The translations under genes were made by a program, and so were the position numbers. This document shows positions 26,764 to 41,070 of a stretch of DNA of 64,000 bases, piece after piece. The stretch is taken from positions 15,034,330-15,098,329 of the forward strand of contig OZ316898.1 of NCBI GenBank assembly GCA_973895155.1, written 5' to 3'. The first letter of the stretch is position 1. Each line of letters starts with the position of its first letter. This DNA comes from Marsupella aquatica (taxonomy: Eukaryota > Plantae > Marchantiophyta). The notes beneath the pieces were generated by a model, which was given only the letters and a program-made list of their open reading frames with translations, was not told the origin of the DNA and ran no database searches.

Positions 26764-29700
26764 CTAGAAGAGATCAACAGCCCTCTTGCGCTGATCTTGC
26801 TTCCACTTTGGCAACGCATAGAAATCATCTTTTCCTACTCCCAGAAGCTTCACAAACTCTTCTGTCGATAAATATGACTGCCAACCACAAGCGCCATCAA
26901 GGGTCAGTGACATCATCATCATAAAGAACCCAGATACCATGAACACAAAAGATATCGATAAGAACATTGTCAATATGAGTCTTTCTTTGAAAAGGATTCA
27001 TAACAAAAATCGGACACAAAAATCGGCTAACCTGTAAAAAAACCAAGTCATTAAACTCAGATAAGGGTAAAACGTTGGCCAGGATGTAGGACATGACATG
27101 TGCTGTCCCACGAAGACTGCGAGTTTCGCATCTGTCCTAACAAAAATCCTGCGAAGTTGGTATCTATTACCTCTCTCTTTTTAGCATCAATGCCTGGGAT
27201 CGGGTCCGTGGATGAAACTTTCAACCGCTCATGACTGTACTTCTGATCAGTTGAAACATTCTCCACGGAGCCTGGAGCTTGTACTCCTGAATCAATTGCT
27301 CCTGAAAATCCAAATGAGGCAACAGTTTATTGCCGAGGACAAAGATATCCCATCCCTTTTGGTGGTAGAACATTTGAAAAAAAAACTGGTTCAACGCAAG
27401 ACAGGGTCTACTCGATCTTGCCATCAAAGTCAAGGCAGCATTCACGCAAGTGCCGTGAAATGTGAGAAATGTAAACTTTCCAGTCCTCCACTTAGTCATA
27501 TGGTGGGAGGTCTACCTGGTGGAGGTGATACAATCTTCTTTTCACTGGAAGGTTGCACCAGGACAGACGACAGAGCAGCCATAGCTGCTGCTCGCTGTGA
27601 TGAGGCTGATGGCATATTGGGGGTGGACGATTTCGGAGAGGTCGTCTTCGGAGTATTGGGATCAAAACTTTGAGGAGTGAAGACAGAGTTTAGAGCAGCC
27701 ATGGCTGCTGCTCTCTGTGATGATGCTGAGTTAGTATTGGGCGTTCTGGGAGAGGAAACCTGAGGAGAAGTAGGTTCAGCGTTTTGAGGAATGAACACCG
27801 AGTTCAGTGCAGCCATAGCTGTTTTCCTTTGAGTTGCAGCATTGTTGGCTGGGTTCTGAAGCTGCAAGTAGTTGCACAGAAAGAATGATAAGTCCGGATT
27901 ACAGCCAAGAAATACTGGGATATGCAACTCAAAGCCGATATGAAGAAAGAGAGCTGCTGGTTGACTATTGACGAGTGAACGGTTTTGCAAGAGATCAGTT
28001 TTGTAAATCATCACACCTCAACTGTCTGCATCTTCTGCCCTTGGAAAGCAGCAAGCCTTTTAAGATATGAATCTTGGTGTACCTGCATGATACATGAATT
28101 AGTACCGTACGACAAAGTAAATAATTCACATCATATTGTCCACTGGTTAAAAAACTAGTAACCGATAAACTGACAACCCTGCTCATATCTGACCTCAACT
28201 GGAAAAAATAAATCGCAACAAGAAGGTAACACCTCTAAAACAGAATCCACTAGACTTAATTGAGCAACAAAGATTCAAAGCCTACAGTAGTTCAGTACCA
28301 ACACCACTGTGCAGAATGTCACTCGCATAAGTGAGACAGTGATTGAAGAGCTTACTGCAGTCTTCGCTGTGTTCCATTCAAAGTATACGGTGAAAAACGT
28401 TGGCTCAAATCCCTCTGGTATTCTGAAGACAGGGATTTCTTGGGACACCACATCTTGTCTCGGCACTCCGTCGAGGTACTCCTGAACAACATTAAACAGT
28501 AGTGAGATAACGTAAGTCGTTTTCTATAGTTAGCAAAGTAGTTCCTATATTTTGCAATGACTGAAGGCAAGTCATGTGAAAATTTACAAATTCCAAGCAA
28601 CAGAAGGCTTAGATAGTCAGATAGGCGAACTGATCACACCTTGGCAAAGTCAAAAGCATGCGTCTTGTCCTCCACAGGTGCGTGCTGACCGACCCAAACG
28701 TAGAGGACAGAGTGTGTATCGAGTACCATTACATCCTCGGTCAAGAGGTCATTTTGACCAAAATTGAAAATTTCTTTCACCTGCAGCATACACCCTTAGC
28801 TGAGGTTCAAATTGCAAATGGCTAGCAGGTCTTACAGAATTTACTTGCAGATTCCATGTTCTCCCCGGTCTTTAAACCTTTCGGGCTTCAGGAGCCTTAA
28901 TTACGAAATCTAAATACAATCAAAAGTTCAAAGCTCATGTGTCTTCTTCTACAGTGAAGTTCCAGCAAAAGTAGAGGTGTAGTTGAATAATGATCACCTC
29001 AAGTTTTCCTGATGATTGTCGTAAGTCAATGAGTTAATCACGAGATAAAAATGACAGGACCACAGGTTAGCGAAGTATGATATGGCATGGAATGGCTGTG
29101 ACCTCATCATACATTCTGCAATCGATGCATAAACGAAAGTCCACATACGTCCGATTTTCCACGCAACATACAGTGCACTTGGGCGTCAAACAGACAGTAA
29201 GGTCAGTCCAAGTGGACGTTATTTACAGGACTGACCAGATAGCAAATCCACTTTTCTGATCTCCACTTCATTTTTAGTGTACTGACCAAACAAACATCTA
29301 ATTTAAGTAGGTCCAGACAGAAACTGGTGCACATTGATTAACGTCTCCACATAAAAGAAGTACATCTCACAAATTTAAAACTCAGACCTACACCTATGCT
29401 TTGCCAAATAAGAAAATTTGGTTTAAGATTCCCTGCAAGGGAAGGGTGCAGAACATTATCAGACAACCGGAGCCAGTCAGGAGTAAAATAACATAGTACA
29501 GGCAAGAGAGAAGAAACCCCATTTTTATTGGTCTAAGGATAGAATAACAGTTGCAGTTAGTCTGACCTTTACTAGTTGTGCAGTGAAACAGTCGAGCATC
29601 CTTGCTGGTATCTTTGACCTCCCTATGGGCTGGATACCCAGTATGTTTCCCGCCGAGCGCATTCCAGAAGGCTGAGGGTTCTGACCCTTCCTTGACTGAT

Positions 29701-32700
29701 TTTGTTGATACCTGTTAGAATTTCCAGTGCATAAGGAGATAGGAAGAGCTGACGACTCAAACTCCGATTTAAGAATATCCTAGAAGCAGAGAAAGCAGAG
29801 GACAGCATTGGTTCTTGAGCCAGTAATCATTGAATGCAAAGACAAGTTCAAAGGGGTAATCCCACTTGCAGAAAATAGATGAAGGAGCATAATTGAAATC
29901 CCCAAGTCCTAACTGCAGATTGCGTAGAGGAGGAACACTGATATTGCGTAGAGGAGGAACACTGATTGCGTAGATTAGAAACCACAAATTCTAATCTGAA
30001 TCTAAATGAGTTTTTCAAAGGCTCCATTCTCACATAGCGTCTTTCTTGATATAAATGTTAGCCACATTCTCTAGATTCCATCCGTTGTTATGGAGAAATT
30101 CTAGTAGTACCTAACTTTTCAACCGTTCTACAACTTGCAAGAAATTGTCAACAACGCTTTCAGCTGTGGAGAAATGTCAACCTGCAACACCGAACTCGAA
30201 TTTCTATCCGGAAAAACTCACTTTCAGAAAGGAGGTCACTTTCGCCACAAGTTTCTGCTGATCAGGAGTGCTGAAAGTACCATGCCAAGTATAGCTAATT
30301 TTCCCCGAAAGCAAAATAAAACAATCCGAAGAGTTCAAAGACATTGCAACCTGCGAACGGTGTTGAGAATAAATGAGGAAATCTTTGCCAAAGAAAGGTT
30401 CCTGATTAAACTGAGGGGTCTTTTGTAATAATATTTTCAAGCTGAATTTGTGCAGTTGTGTAAAAATGACCACTGCGGCATTGTCAAACAACAGAATTAG
30501 TTAACAGCAGTTCTTGAGCCAGTAATTACTTGAAGAAATTTTCAGAAATCAGCTTACCGGTTCCACAAACAATGTCCTGGAGTTGTAAGAGGCTGTCCCT
30601 TCCACTCGTAGTAGATATGTCGCTTCTTGTTGTAATTCGTTGGTGTAATGCCCCTATTATGAAACAGATAAGAGGCACATAGAATGTACTATTGCTATAC
30701 TTTTGCACCATGAAAATGATCAAAAAAACCAGAAACAGCTGATGGCAGAATATGAATATCTCCAGACAACAATTGACGTACCTTGAAGATAGTGACACAT
30801 GGAAATAAAGCAAGAAATTGTGCTGGCTCCTTCCCTTGGAAAACTACCGCCTGGCATGACAATCATGAATCAGATCTTCTGATTGACCGATTTGGAATAC
30901 GGTGCAAGCTTTTCGTGCGAGCTTGTACCCACTCTGTGATGGTACTTCAACTTGGACCAGGTATGTATGCTGATGATATGCTTCAACGTATGAAATGAGC
31001 TTCTACAAAGAGTATAAAGCAGCTAACATAGAGAAGAGGTTAAGAAAGTTGACGAAGGGTAAACAGCAAGCTCGTGGATAATCAAACTTTACGTTGGAAC
31101 CTTTACATTGCACAAAAAATTGAAATCACATTGGTACCGTGCATAGAGAGCGACACGGAAGAATTATGAACTCACCTGAACAGCACGACCTTTCAGCTGG
31201 TTGGCCAATTTAGCAGTTAACTGGCAGGCGTAACTTTCCTCTTCCTGCATGTGGAGGCAGAAGTAAACAGTAAGATACTGGATAAGCTAACGGATCAAAC
31301 TGCTTTTGTTGAGTCCAGAACTCTTCCAGTACACCTTGGAACGAAATTTCTGTAAATAAAAATCAAAACTCAAACCCTTTGAAGAAAGATTGACCGACCA
31401 ATGACCAGTCTTAACTCAAACATGGCGGACAAGTTAGAAGGAAAAATCTTGATAGCCAATGACGTCCGGCATACACTGGCCGACAAGGCAACCAAACTAT
31501 TAGTTGGACAAGGAAATTCACAGAGGAAATTGAGACACAAGTTCATACCACGGAGTGCCTCTCTCCAAGCCAGTTACAGAGAAAGTATTCCTCCTTCCGC
31601 TCTCCGTGATATGTATACAGTACAATGTAGATATGAGAATCAAAGAACTTGCCGTAATCTTCAGAGCCGATTGCTATTTTGAAGTTACCATCGACTCTCC
31701 ATACCTATTCCATGTAAAGAAAGATGGATTAGTCCAACAGAGGATTTCTCCTTAAAACTATAGTTCCAAGTATTTGTCACATCCCATGAAGTCAGCTGAA
31801 TGATAAGTACTCTGTAGAATTGTCGTCCAGAAGTTACAACAAACCTCAACCTTTCCTTTGCTGTCCAGGAGCAGAGGGGCCTCCTCGACAGTTGGAGCTC
31901 CTTTCAGAAGGCCTTTAACGTTCAAACCCTGCTGCTTCAAGAGTGCTACACAATCCCATAAAAATTCAATGAGCTACAAGATATGCAGCAGATCAAGTCC
32001 ATCTGAATTGGTCGGGTTTCGTTTTCCTAAACGGCTAGAATATGTCAAAAAAAGCTTGTTGTTGATTTATGTTGTATGATATCATGCTAGCTTTGGATGT
32101 ATAGCAGTCTACTCTAGCGAAAGGCCCAGTCCAAACTCAACACAATCAAATTCAATTTACAGAGGTAAATTGCTAATACATCAAGCTGACAAGCTTCATT
32201 ACTAGAACCGAATGAGACAATCCCTGTAGATACTCAGCCTGATTTATTAAAATATTATATGTTTGCACCTGCAACCTTGCCGCGACCATCCTCAGTGAGA
32301 GAGGATTGTGTGACTGGCCATTTCTCAAACAAAGCTTTGAATTGTGGAGTCTCAAAGCCTTCAATAATTCGTGTTACATGAGTGGACGAAGGTCGTTTCT
32401 GACTTGCTATCAGCTCCTGCAAGCGCCAGAAAAACTGTTGTCATCCTCCTATGTAGGATTTGGGCGTATGGACAAAGAATTCCACACTTCATAACTTGAG
32501 TATGCAGCCAATTGAACGTATTCTCGTAGTTACAAGGGGTAACCAGCCATCACAACTCACGCAGCTTAGCATGCCCAAATGAGTAGCGGAAAGCTTTGAT
32601 CCGACAGTTGAAAATTAGGACTAAGAACCTGCTTTAGTGTTTTGCAAGGGAATGACGATGCAATGACCTCCAATTGATTTCCACCATCTCCTTATGTGCA

Positions 32701-35700
32701 AATCCACTAGAAGACTAACCAACACTTTGCTGATTACTTCGTCTAGACGTTTCCGTTGAAATTGATATAAGTGAGAACAATGCTGAAAAGGTAGAACGCT
32801 TGAAATCTCAATTACGATAATACATTTACAAAGGTAGTTAATTGACAGTGATAATCAAAGAAGGAATTTAGACATGCCTCTGCTGAAAGTGTGGATGCTT
32901 TCCTGGAGTCAAGTGGGGTATCACGACCATTCCATATGTAAATCGCACTCCCGCAATCAAGCAAATAGTTGTTGTGCGTGTCCAGCAAATTTCTTGTCAA
33001 GGCGTTCACATTTTCAGCTTCCTTCAGTTTCCCTTCTACGACACTTCTAGGGGTCAATGAGCACCAAAATTAGTGACAAAGAAAGGACAAGTCAAAAGCA
33101 TTCACGAAAGATAAAGATGTTGCCCTGTTCTTGGCAATGCATAGGTTACTCTCGAAACTTCTAGCTCGTGCTCACTTTGAGTCCTTCTTAGACAAGCGAG
33201 CACAATGGGACAAAAAGGACCTTCATATTCGACCATCATTAGATCTTGCAGGAAGATCACTGCAATGGATTACCAAAAGAGTTTAGCGGCAGCACTCTGT
33301 GGCAGTGAACCACCCTCTCCAGTAGATTTCTTTCCTAGAGGAGCAAACCCTCCAAATAAGCCCCAGAATTCTCCAGCATCTGATTCAGCTCCAAGTTTGC
33401 CATCATCTGGAAAAATAAAAGCCCAGTTCATATCAGTACAATGTGAAACTACTTAGTCCAAACAATCTCCCCATCTTGAGAGCCTAACCTGCTAGTGAAA
33501 CATCTTCACCTCCCTTTACCGCAGCAAGGATTCTACATCCACTTACCAACAATCACCACAGTGCATGTTCCATTATGATCGGTGTCCTTCAGATGCTGCA
33601 CCACCTCCAGCGCTTTTCCTCTTTCTTGTATATTAGAATTTGCCCCGTTGAACTGAAATATTTTGTCCTTTGTATCCAAAATAAATACGTCATCATGATT
33701 CAACGACTGCCTAGCAAATGGCACCTGGATACAATTATCTCGCATCAGATCCAGCCATGCTCAGGGGGACAGAAGATCCACAACAGTGCTCACCCTACAG
33801 TTGGGGCAATGTTGACTTTTGAAATATCACAGGACGATTCTACTCGATAATATTTAAAAAGAGAGAATCAACATTAGCTACGAAACGAATCACTCTCACT
33901 ACACCAGAAGGTCTCCAATAAAAAGTTTAGAACAATAAAAACCAAAAAACAAAAGAAAACAAAAAATGATAATACTCAGCAATAAGAGAGCTCTTTGCAT
34001 GAGCTCGTCTACCACGTGTTCAAGGTCGAGATGAAGGTAATACTTGCCTGTGTTACTCGTGCCAATCGTGCCCCTCTGCACATGAATAGACGTGTCTCGT
34101 AAGACTCTGCTTCAACCTTTTTGAAACCTGATTTAACTCCTCCTTCGAGAGGAACAACACAGGGCTTGAAATAAGACAAAAACAGATCTGTTTCAGATCC
34201 TTGAGACTCCCTGTACTGCACAGCTCGACCTCCCAAAGCTGCATCAAGCTCCACAGTCTTGATAGCTGCAGCACCTGCCTCATCCTACAATGTCATTACA
34301 ACGGAGATCAACAATGCAGGATCAACAGCGAGAATTATCACCGGCCCGGTGTTGACGTACTCTACTGCTATGGCAAACCATTAACACAGCTCAGCTCTCG
34401 TCTAGCTTTTCCCGTCTTAAGCATATTTTCTCTTCAATTTTAATGGAGCACGACTTTTGCGAAAGCCCCATATGTCCAGTCGTTTTTAATTGGGCGGCGC
34501 GGCAAGGAGGCTTTGCCACATTCAGACTCATCCAGAATGGTCGCCACCCTCGTGAAACTTTTTCAACTCTACAACTTACTTCATGCGTACCCCTCCCACT
34601 ACAGCAATCCTGAAACAATATAATTTTGTACAAGAAGAGTGATGAACCCCTAATGTTTAACACTTGCACGTCCCCACCGAAGATGTGCAAAACAAACTAC
34701 AACGTGACCTACCTGGCTGGTGTCTTTCCCCAGCCAAAAGTGCACATCGTAATGAAACGCTCCACTTTTCAAAGCTGTCGTCTGAAATGACAGACCTAAG
34801 ATGTTAGTGATTCATAAGATACCCTCAGTACAACAAAGGGGGAAAGACACAACAATGTTGAAGTTAATGTACAAGGATTAGCCTGCCTCTTCAAAGGAAA
34901 AAAGCAGCATAAATTTTTCACGAAATTAATTTACTAGACGATTTGTCCTACGGTAATACTGTGAGATCTTCCCAGACACCCTATGTGATTTAGCCAAGAT
35001 ACGTACAAGTCCTGAAAGCAACGGAAAGGGAAGATGCATATCCCAATGTCACGAATAACAAAACCGAAAACTCGTTTGCAAAATATTGCTATAAGCGTCT
35101 TGATCGAGTACCTAGTTCCACAAATAGAAAATGGACGGTAGAGTGGATATCAAATCTCAGATAATTAAGTGAAACCCTCAATTCAAAGAGCTTGTTAAAA
35201 ATATTCTCACCCGCAAAACAATGTAGGAATCTCCTGAGTAAAACTTCCCATGCTCTGACTTGGGCAGCAGCACCGGGGAAAAATTCTCAATCCGCCAAAT
35301 TTCCGTTCCTCTTCAATGTCAGTCAAGGATACAGAGTACTCTATTTAAATAGAATGGTTCCAACCAGAGAAAGACAACGGCCTTGGACCATGTTTTTATC
35401 GAACTTTTGTAGGATGTTAGGTTTGTAATTTGTTAAGGTCGTAGCTAATGTCGCAAATGTAGACCTTAAAAAGATGTCACTTCGTCTTCGAATGCGCTTA
35501 GGACAATCGCAACGACGTAATCTCTGGCCAGACGACGCTGGTTTCGAGAAAACAGTTTCCATAACAAGAGCCTATGCCCTCATAAACATAAATTGCAAAA
35601 CGAAGTCATGCGGATCGAGAGGCCATCGTTTAAGGGATGATTCATACTTTCATTCGAGTTCGAGCTTGAGAATGAAAAGCAAAAATGAACCGCATCCTAA

Positions 35701-35785
35701 GCGTTGATCAAAGTTGTTGTAAAGGATACGGTTTTCCACCCACGCCTTGAAATGCTACATCCACATTTTTCATAGACACCGCCAT
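26764..35785 (-). CDS. VLN: Villin (six gelsolin repeats, linker, headpiece), ~22 coding exons
   Basis: Exons join in phase: [19 protein letters not shown]|[23 protein letters not shown]|[17 protein letters not shown]|[26 protein letters not shown]..|[17 protein letters not shown].. and end with the headpiece [19 protein letters not shown]. First exons 35730-35785, 35211-35310, 34713-34781, 34048-34284, 33547-33724; microexon 28998-29008. Confidence 0.97.
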
Positions 35786-38564
35786 GGGCGGGGCCCACAA
35801 CTTTATGCTCTTGACCGGCTCGTTCTGAAGGGCCCTGAAAACAGAGGGGGTTAATTACTGAGAAAGCGATTTCTGCGAAACTATCACTGAATTGATAATT
35901 CACATTCCCAAAACTATCTAGTCGTTTCCCCTCGATGTAAATGGAATAGGGCTTACGAACGCTTCAACAAAACGAACGAAATCCAGGTTCAGTCGATCCA
36001 GCGAGCAACGTGTTATGTTTAAATTAGTCCGTGTGTTCTCCTCAAAGACTCCAAGATAGCAACAGGGCACCAGCGTGTCGGCGCAAGAAAGTGGACAGTC
36101 CCTGCGCTCTATGCTCTGGGCTCTGCTTTCGTGTGGTTTCCCAAGACTGCAAATCTTATGCCAATGCCGCATTCAAACTTTTTCAATTATTCAACATTTT
36201 CCAAGAATCGGTTAGGGCCACCTGCTGAATCGAGGGCCACAGTTGATGCACCATCTTCAGGTCAAGGCCATGCGCATCAACCAACAATATATAGAAAATC
36301 GCCGACATATTTCAAGTTAGTGCTCCAGATCGAATCCTAACAGCATTTCGTGATCGCAGGATACAGCTGGGGTAGCAGCGAGCATGCCCTCTGTGGATGC
36401 CCTCTGTGTGAGTCGCGAGGAAGAATATTGCTGCTAGCTCAAATATCGAATCGCAACATTAATCTAATAAAATTGGTCCTCCTCGCTGGGAAAGCCGCAA
36501 CAGACTTGGGAGACTAAACGCCCCGAAAATCTTCAATAAAAGGCGGAAACTACTTGCTCCTCATCCAATTCAAAGAACAAGTTATCCTACACTCAATCTC
36601 GTCCGTCTAAGTGATCGGATAACGAAAGATATTCCTCGAGCGCAAAACAGGGGTCGTCGATACATTCGGTGCTAAATGCATAGCGCAGGAAGAGATGTTC
36701 ACTGAACAACTCGCCCAAACGTTTGTATTCACGTGCAATGAGGTGTCAAATCATTCTCCCGCGGCAAGAATCCATCATTTTAATTCGGATCTTGAAAATA
36801 GGAGCCCCTTGGAGACCGTATTCCGTCCGAAAGATTGGAAACAAGATACATTAACTCTCAGTGGACTTTCCCAGAGAAGCAAACAAGCAAACTAATATGG
36901 CAGCAAAGGTGAACTTCGTTCTTCAAAGACCACCGATCCAAATAAATTGTGTCCCACAAGATTGTGAGAAACAAATTCGATTACATTGTTGACAGATCCG
37001 ACAGCCGCAATTGAGAGAGCAGAATTTCACATTCTTCAAATAAAATTCAAATGCAGAGATCCAATTCAGACAAATCTGTTAAAATGAGGACGCAGGTTGC
37101 GGAACACAGGAACAAAAATACTTACAGGATTCAAAACTTCCCCATCGAAAGCCAATCTTCAATCCGAGCCGCGACGCTACTCGATCAGATCATGCGAACT
37201 AGAAGAATTCTCGCTTATCGGTTCCATTCTTCAAGTCTTATGGCAATCCCACGCCAATCTCACGAATCTTTGTGTGCAATGGATTTGTGTGTTAGGATTC
37301 TGTCCCCTCCGACAATTCAGGGCGGCGTCAGCCAACGGGTTCACCCTGAGAAAAAGCAAGCGCGATGATCGCTGATCAGCCAGGTCGATGGGACGGATCG
37401 CTTGCTTGCTTGGACGTTCTGAAGGGTAACAACCAAACGGAGACTAGACTCCAGAGGAGCAGGCCCTGCTTCAGCTCTGGCAATGCTGCTAAACTTGCAT
37501 TGCGAGCGATGGCAACTCGGAGGTTGGAATAATGCCGTGTCTCGTGCTCTAGACGAAGAAGAGGAGGGCGGAAAGGGAACCTGGCTGTTCTTACCACGGT
37601 AATAAACTAGGGCCACTGTCGTCTACAGTAATATTACTTTTACCCGTGCGCTTGACGTGGCGCCGCGCGCCTCTCTTGTATAAGGGAGTCGTGTCTCGAG
37701 AACGGTTCTTCGTTTTATGCTGATACGGTAGCTCTGTATTGTACGCTGTACAGCAGGGTAAGGTCAGTAACTTATATTAGGCCAGGTGACAGTGTAAAGG
37801 ACATATACTAGACTGCCAAAGAACAAAATGTCCACTTGACACTGTAAAGTGTATATTAGACTGCCAAAGGATAAAATGCAAGTCTGGAGAAGGGATCCCA
37901 GATAGGAGACACAGTGAAGTGAAGGAAAACATGGGGAAAACCACAGGAAGACCTAAGAGCCAAATAAACCCAAGAGCCACAAGCAATTGCAAGGGCACTC
38001 AAGTTTTACTAAGTAGCAAACTGAAAGCGCCCAAATAAATAGCATAGAAGAGTCACAAAGAATAGTTTGTCTAACCAACTACCAACAACCACAACCATAC
38101 AAAATATATTGAATGTTTGAACCCTTTGCAATGTAATAGACACTGATTGTCTAAATAAGACAATGAATACTAAAGAACAAGTAGATGGATTCTCCCAAGG
38201 AATTTGAGTTGTGTTCCGGGTTGTGTTTAATCTGATTTCTTGGTCATGTGGCATCTTGAGCCGTGACACTAACAGTTTTGTTCAGTTTTGTTTGTCATTT
38301 GCTTCATTGTTCATGGTCTTTAGTTTGATCTTCACTTACACTCTGTTTGGTTTCTCAGTGGCTCAGTTAGTTTCTGTTTTGTTTCAAAGGAGACTGTAAA
38401 CAGCAAAGAGACCCAAGTAAAGGAATTAAGCTAAGTAGTAACATCTGGACTGTAGATAGTCTGGGCAAGCTTATTGATGGGAGGAGGGCAAATAGCCTTA
38501 AGCCACCATATAGCATGCTCATCGTGGAACATGCTATTTTTTTGTCTTGTAGTGACTTGAAATA

Positions 38565-39272
38565 TGTTGAGTATTATTCTTAGTCTTGTGACTCTAGAGC
38601 TAATCGCAGTTAGGCTAACTCAGGTTAGGATTTAGCTTAGGTTAGCAATGATGCATGTTGTATATAACCAGGGTTGATGCCAGCCCCTAGTGAAACTTCA
38701 GTTCATTGTTAGAGTAGAGCAAGAGAGAAATAAATGTCTCTTGCTTTCCCGTGGACGTTGTCTCAATCATGAGGTGAACCACGTACTCACTGTGTTGACT
38801 ACTTTGTATGGTGTTTACATGTGCATGGTGTCTCGGGATAAGGATTATCCCCAACAAGTGGTATCAGAGCATGTTTGGGAGGTGACACTATGGTTACAAG
38901 ATTTTCTTGTGTAGTTGATGGTTTGAAGATCCTGAAAGTTTTCATCACATGAAACTTGTTGGTGGTGGGCTCATCGGATAGATCATTGAGCGGGCTTTCT
39001 AACGGCAATTAGAAATCATAGATTGGATTTGTGAGTGAAGAATAATCGCAGAAAATGTTTGTATGTGGAGTTTCATGTTCGACGGTTTCTTGGGGGAAGA
39101 GACCAGAGTTCATTTTTTGCAATGGTGTGAGCTTTGCGGTGTGCGAGGCATTGCATGTTATAGCTCAGGTTGTAGGTTGAAGCGAGCTGGTCGTTTCGGT
39201 ACCTGGCTTGCTACCGAGTGTTTACCGAGTGTGACGCAATGAGTGAAAGAGGGATAAGGATTATCCCCAACA
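38565..39272 (+). mobile_element. Internally deleted LTR retrotransposon (Met-PBS, Copia-like)
   Basis: TG..CA ends with 5-bp TSD AAATA (38560-64 / 39273-77). 5' LTR 38565-38856; PBS TGGTATCAGAGC 38859-38870. Only the last 22 bp of the 3' LTR remain (39251-39272). Confidence 0.88.
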
Positions 39273-40779
39273 AAATATGAAAGCATAATTAGTAGCATAA
39301 AATAATGTAATAAAAGTGTCTGCCAAGAAAAGCACATTGACCAATGAAAAGTACAGTCAAGTTTTATGACACTCTACAATTTGTGCACTTGATTCAATGT
39401 GCCTTATGAATGACACTCATTTCAAATAAAAACCATAAACTTAGGACACAAAGACATGAGGGAAACTTAAGACACTATGTGTTCATGTTATTCATAATCA
39501 TTTCTTTCTATGAAAATACTTTGTTCAAGTGGTGGAGCCGTTGGTTTTTTTCTCTATGACATCACAAACATTAAAAGTTATAAGGGGGCTGTCAAAATAA
39601 GTTCAAAATACTCTACAATACCTAAAATTAAAGGGGTCTAAAAATTAATTAAAAATGAATATGATACAAAGGCTGCCCCTTGATAAGGCACATTGAAATA
39701 AAAATACATGACACAAAAATTTGAATAAGACAAAATTTGAAAGGTGGATTCACCATATAGCAGCTTCAAATATGGGCAAGCTTACTAGTGGGAGGAGGGC
39801 AAGTAGCCTTAAGCCACCACTATCCCACAAGTTGTGGGAAGACGACATAGACAATTTTAGCTAAGTTTTTTTATTGTATAACTTACTACTAGCAAAAGCT
39901 CATTTGTTATTATAATAATTAATTTAGCTGATATATTCATTTAAAAAAGGAAAATCATAGTATGTGTCTCACTTGGGTTCAAATCTCGTTCCAAAGATTT
40001 TGTGGTACCCTACACGAAGAAGACTTCATATAACACGATCTGACTAGCAGAATTGGTTAACAATTGCGTTAAACCACACTTGCCACTACAAGAGGCAACC
40101 CATAGCCTCTCATTATACAAAGGAGAGAACAGAGTTTCAGTTTTGCAGACGCCGCACATGAGTATAGGAGAGGTTGCGCGGGCAGCATTCTCTTTGGGCA
40201 GCCCGGCTACATAGTCAGGATTGCCAGGCCGACTTATCGGGTCAGCAAATTTTAACGCATGTTTATAAATAATTGCTACCATCATTTTGGGCATGACGTT
40301 GGGTTGCCCCATTGGTCATGTCACTCGCTGTGAATGAGGAGGTTGTGAGATCAAACCTCATCTCTTTTGACCCTACACTTGGCGAGCACCTCGGCCAAGA
40401 AGGGGGATGGGCTTGGAATCCCCGGCCGACGAAAGGTAGGTTGGGGATTGCAAGTCATACACTGATACATGGCAAGGGAAGGGCCAAGGCTATTCTAAGA
40501 GGATGGATGAGCTTACGGCCGCGCCACTCAAAAGGGCAGCATGACAGCACTAGCATTAGGGACACCAACCAACCAGGGACTACTATCCATCTAATTTGTG
40601 TTGAAATACTATTTCACTCATATGTATGTGTGAACAGCCTGAACGGTGTCACGATACTTTAATTATTCATGATGAAATCACTATCACTAAGTATATAGGT
40701 TAGGTTTATATTTTACTATGGGATAACTAAATAATTTGACTATTACTTATGTACATGCAAGGTAAACAACTATGCAAAT

Positions 40780-41070
40780 CACAAGATGCATGCACAAATT
40801 ATTTAGATGCATGTGTAAATTATTTTATTGCATGTACTAGTTTTATGTGTGCATGCAAGGTGAGCAAATGTGTAAGCCACGAGGTGCATGCACAAATTAT
40901 TTTAGATGCATGCAAATTATTTTATTTGCTTGCATTAGTTATTTTATGTGCATGCAAGGTGAACAAATGTGCAAGCCACAAGGTGCATGCATAAATTATT
41001 TTATTTGCATACATTAGTTATTTTATGTGCATGCAAGGTGAACAAATATGCAAGCCACAAGGTGCATGAT
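40780..41070. repeat. Tandem repeat, ~85-100-bp unit rich in TGCATGCA
   Basis: TTTATGTGCATGCAAGGTGAACAAATGTGCAAGCCACAAGGTGCATG-like unit in three copies. Confidence 0.85.
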
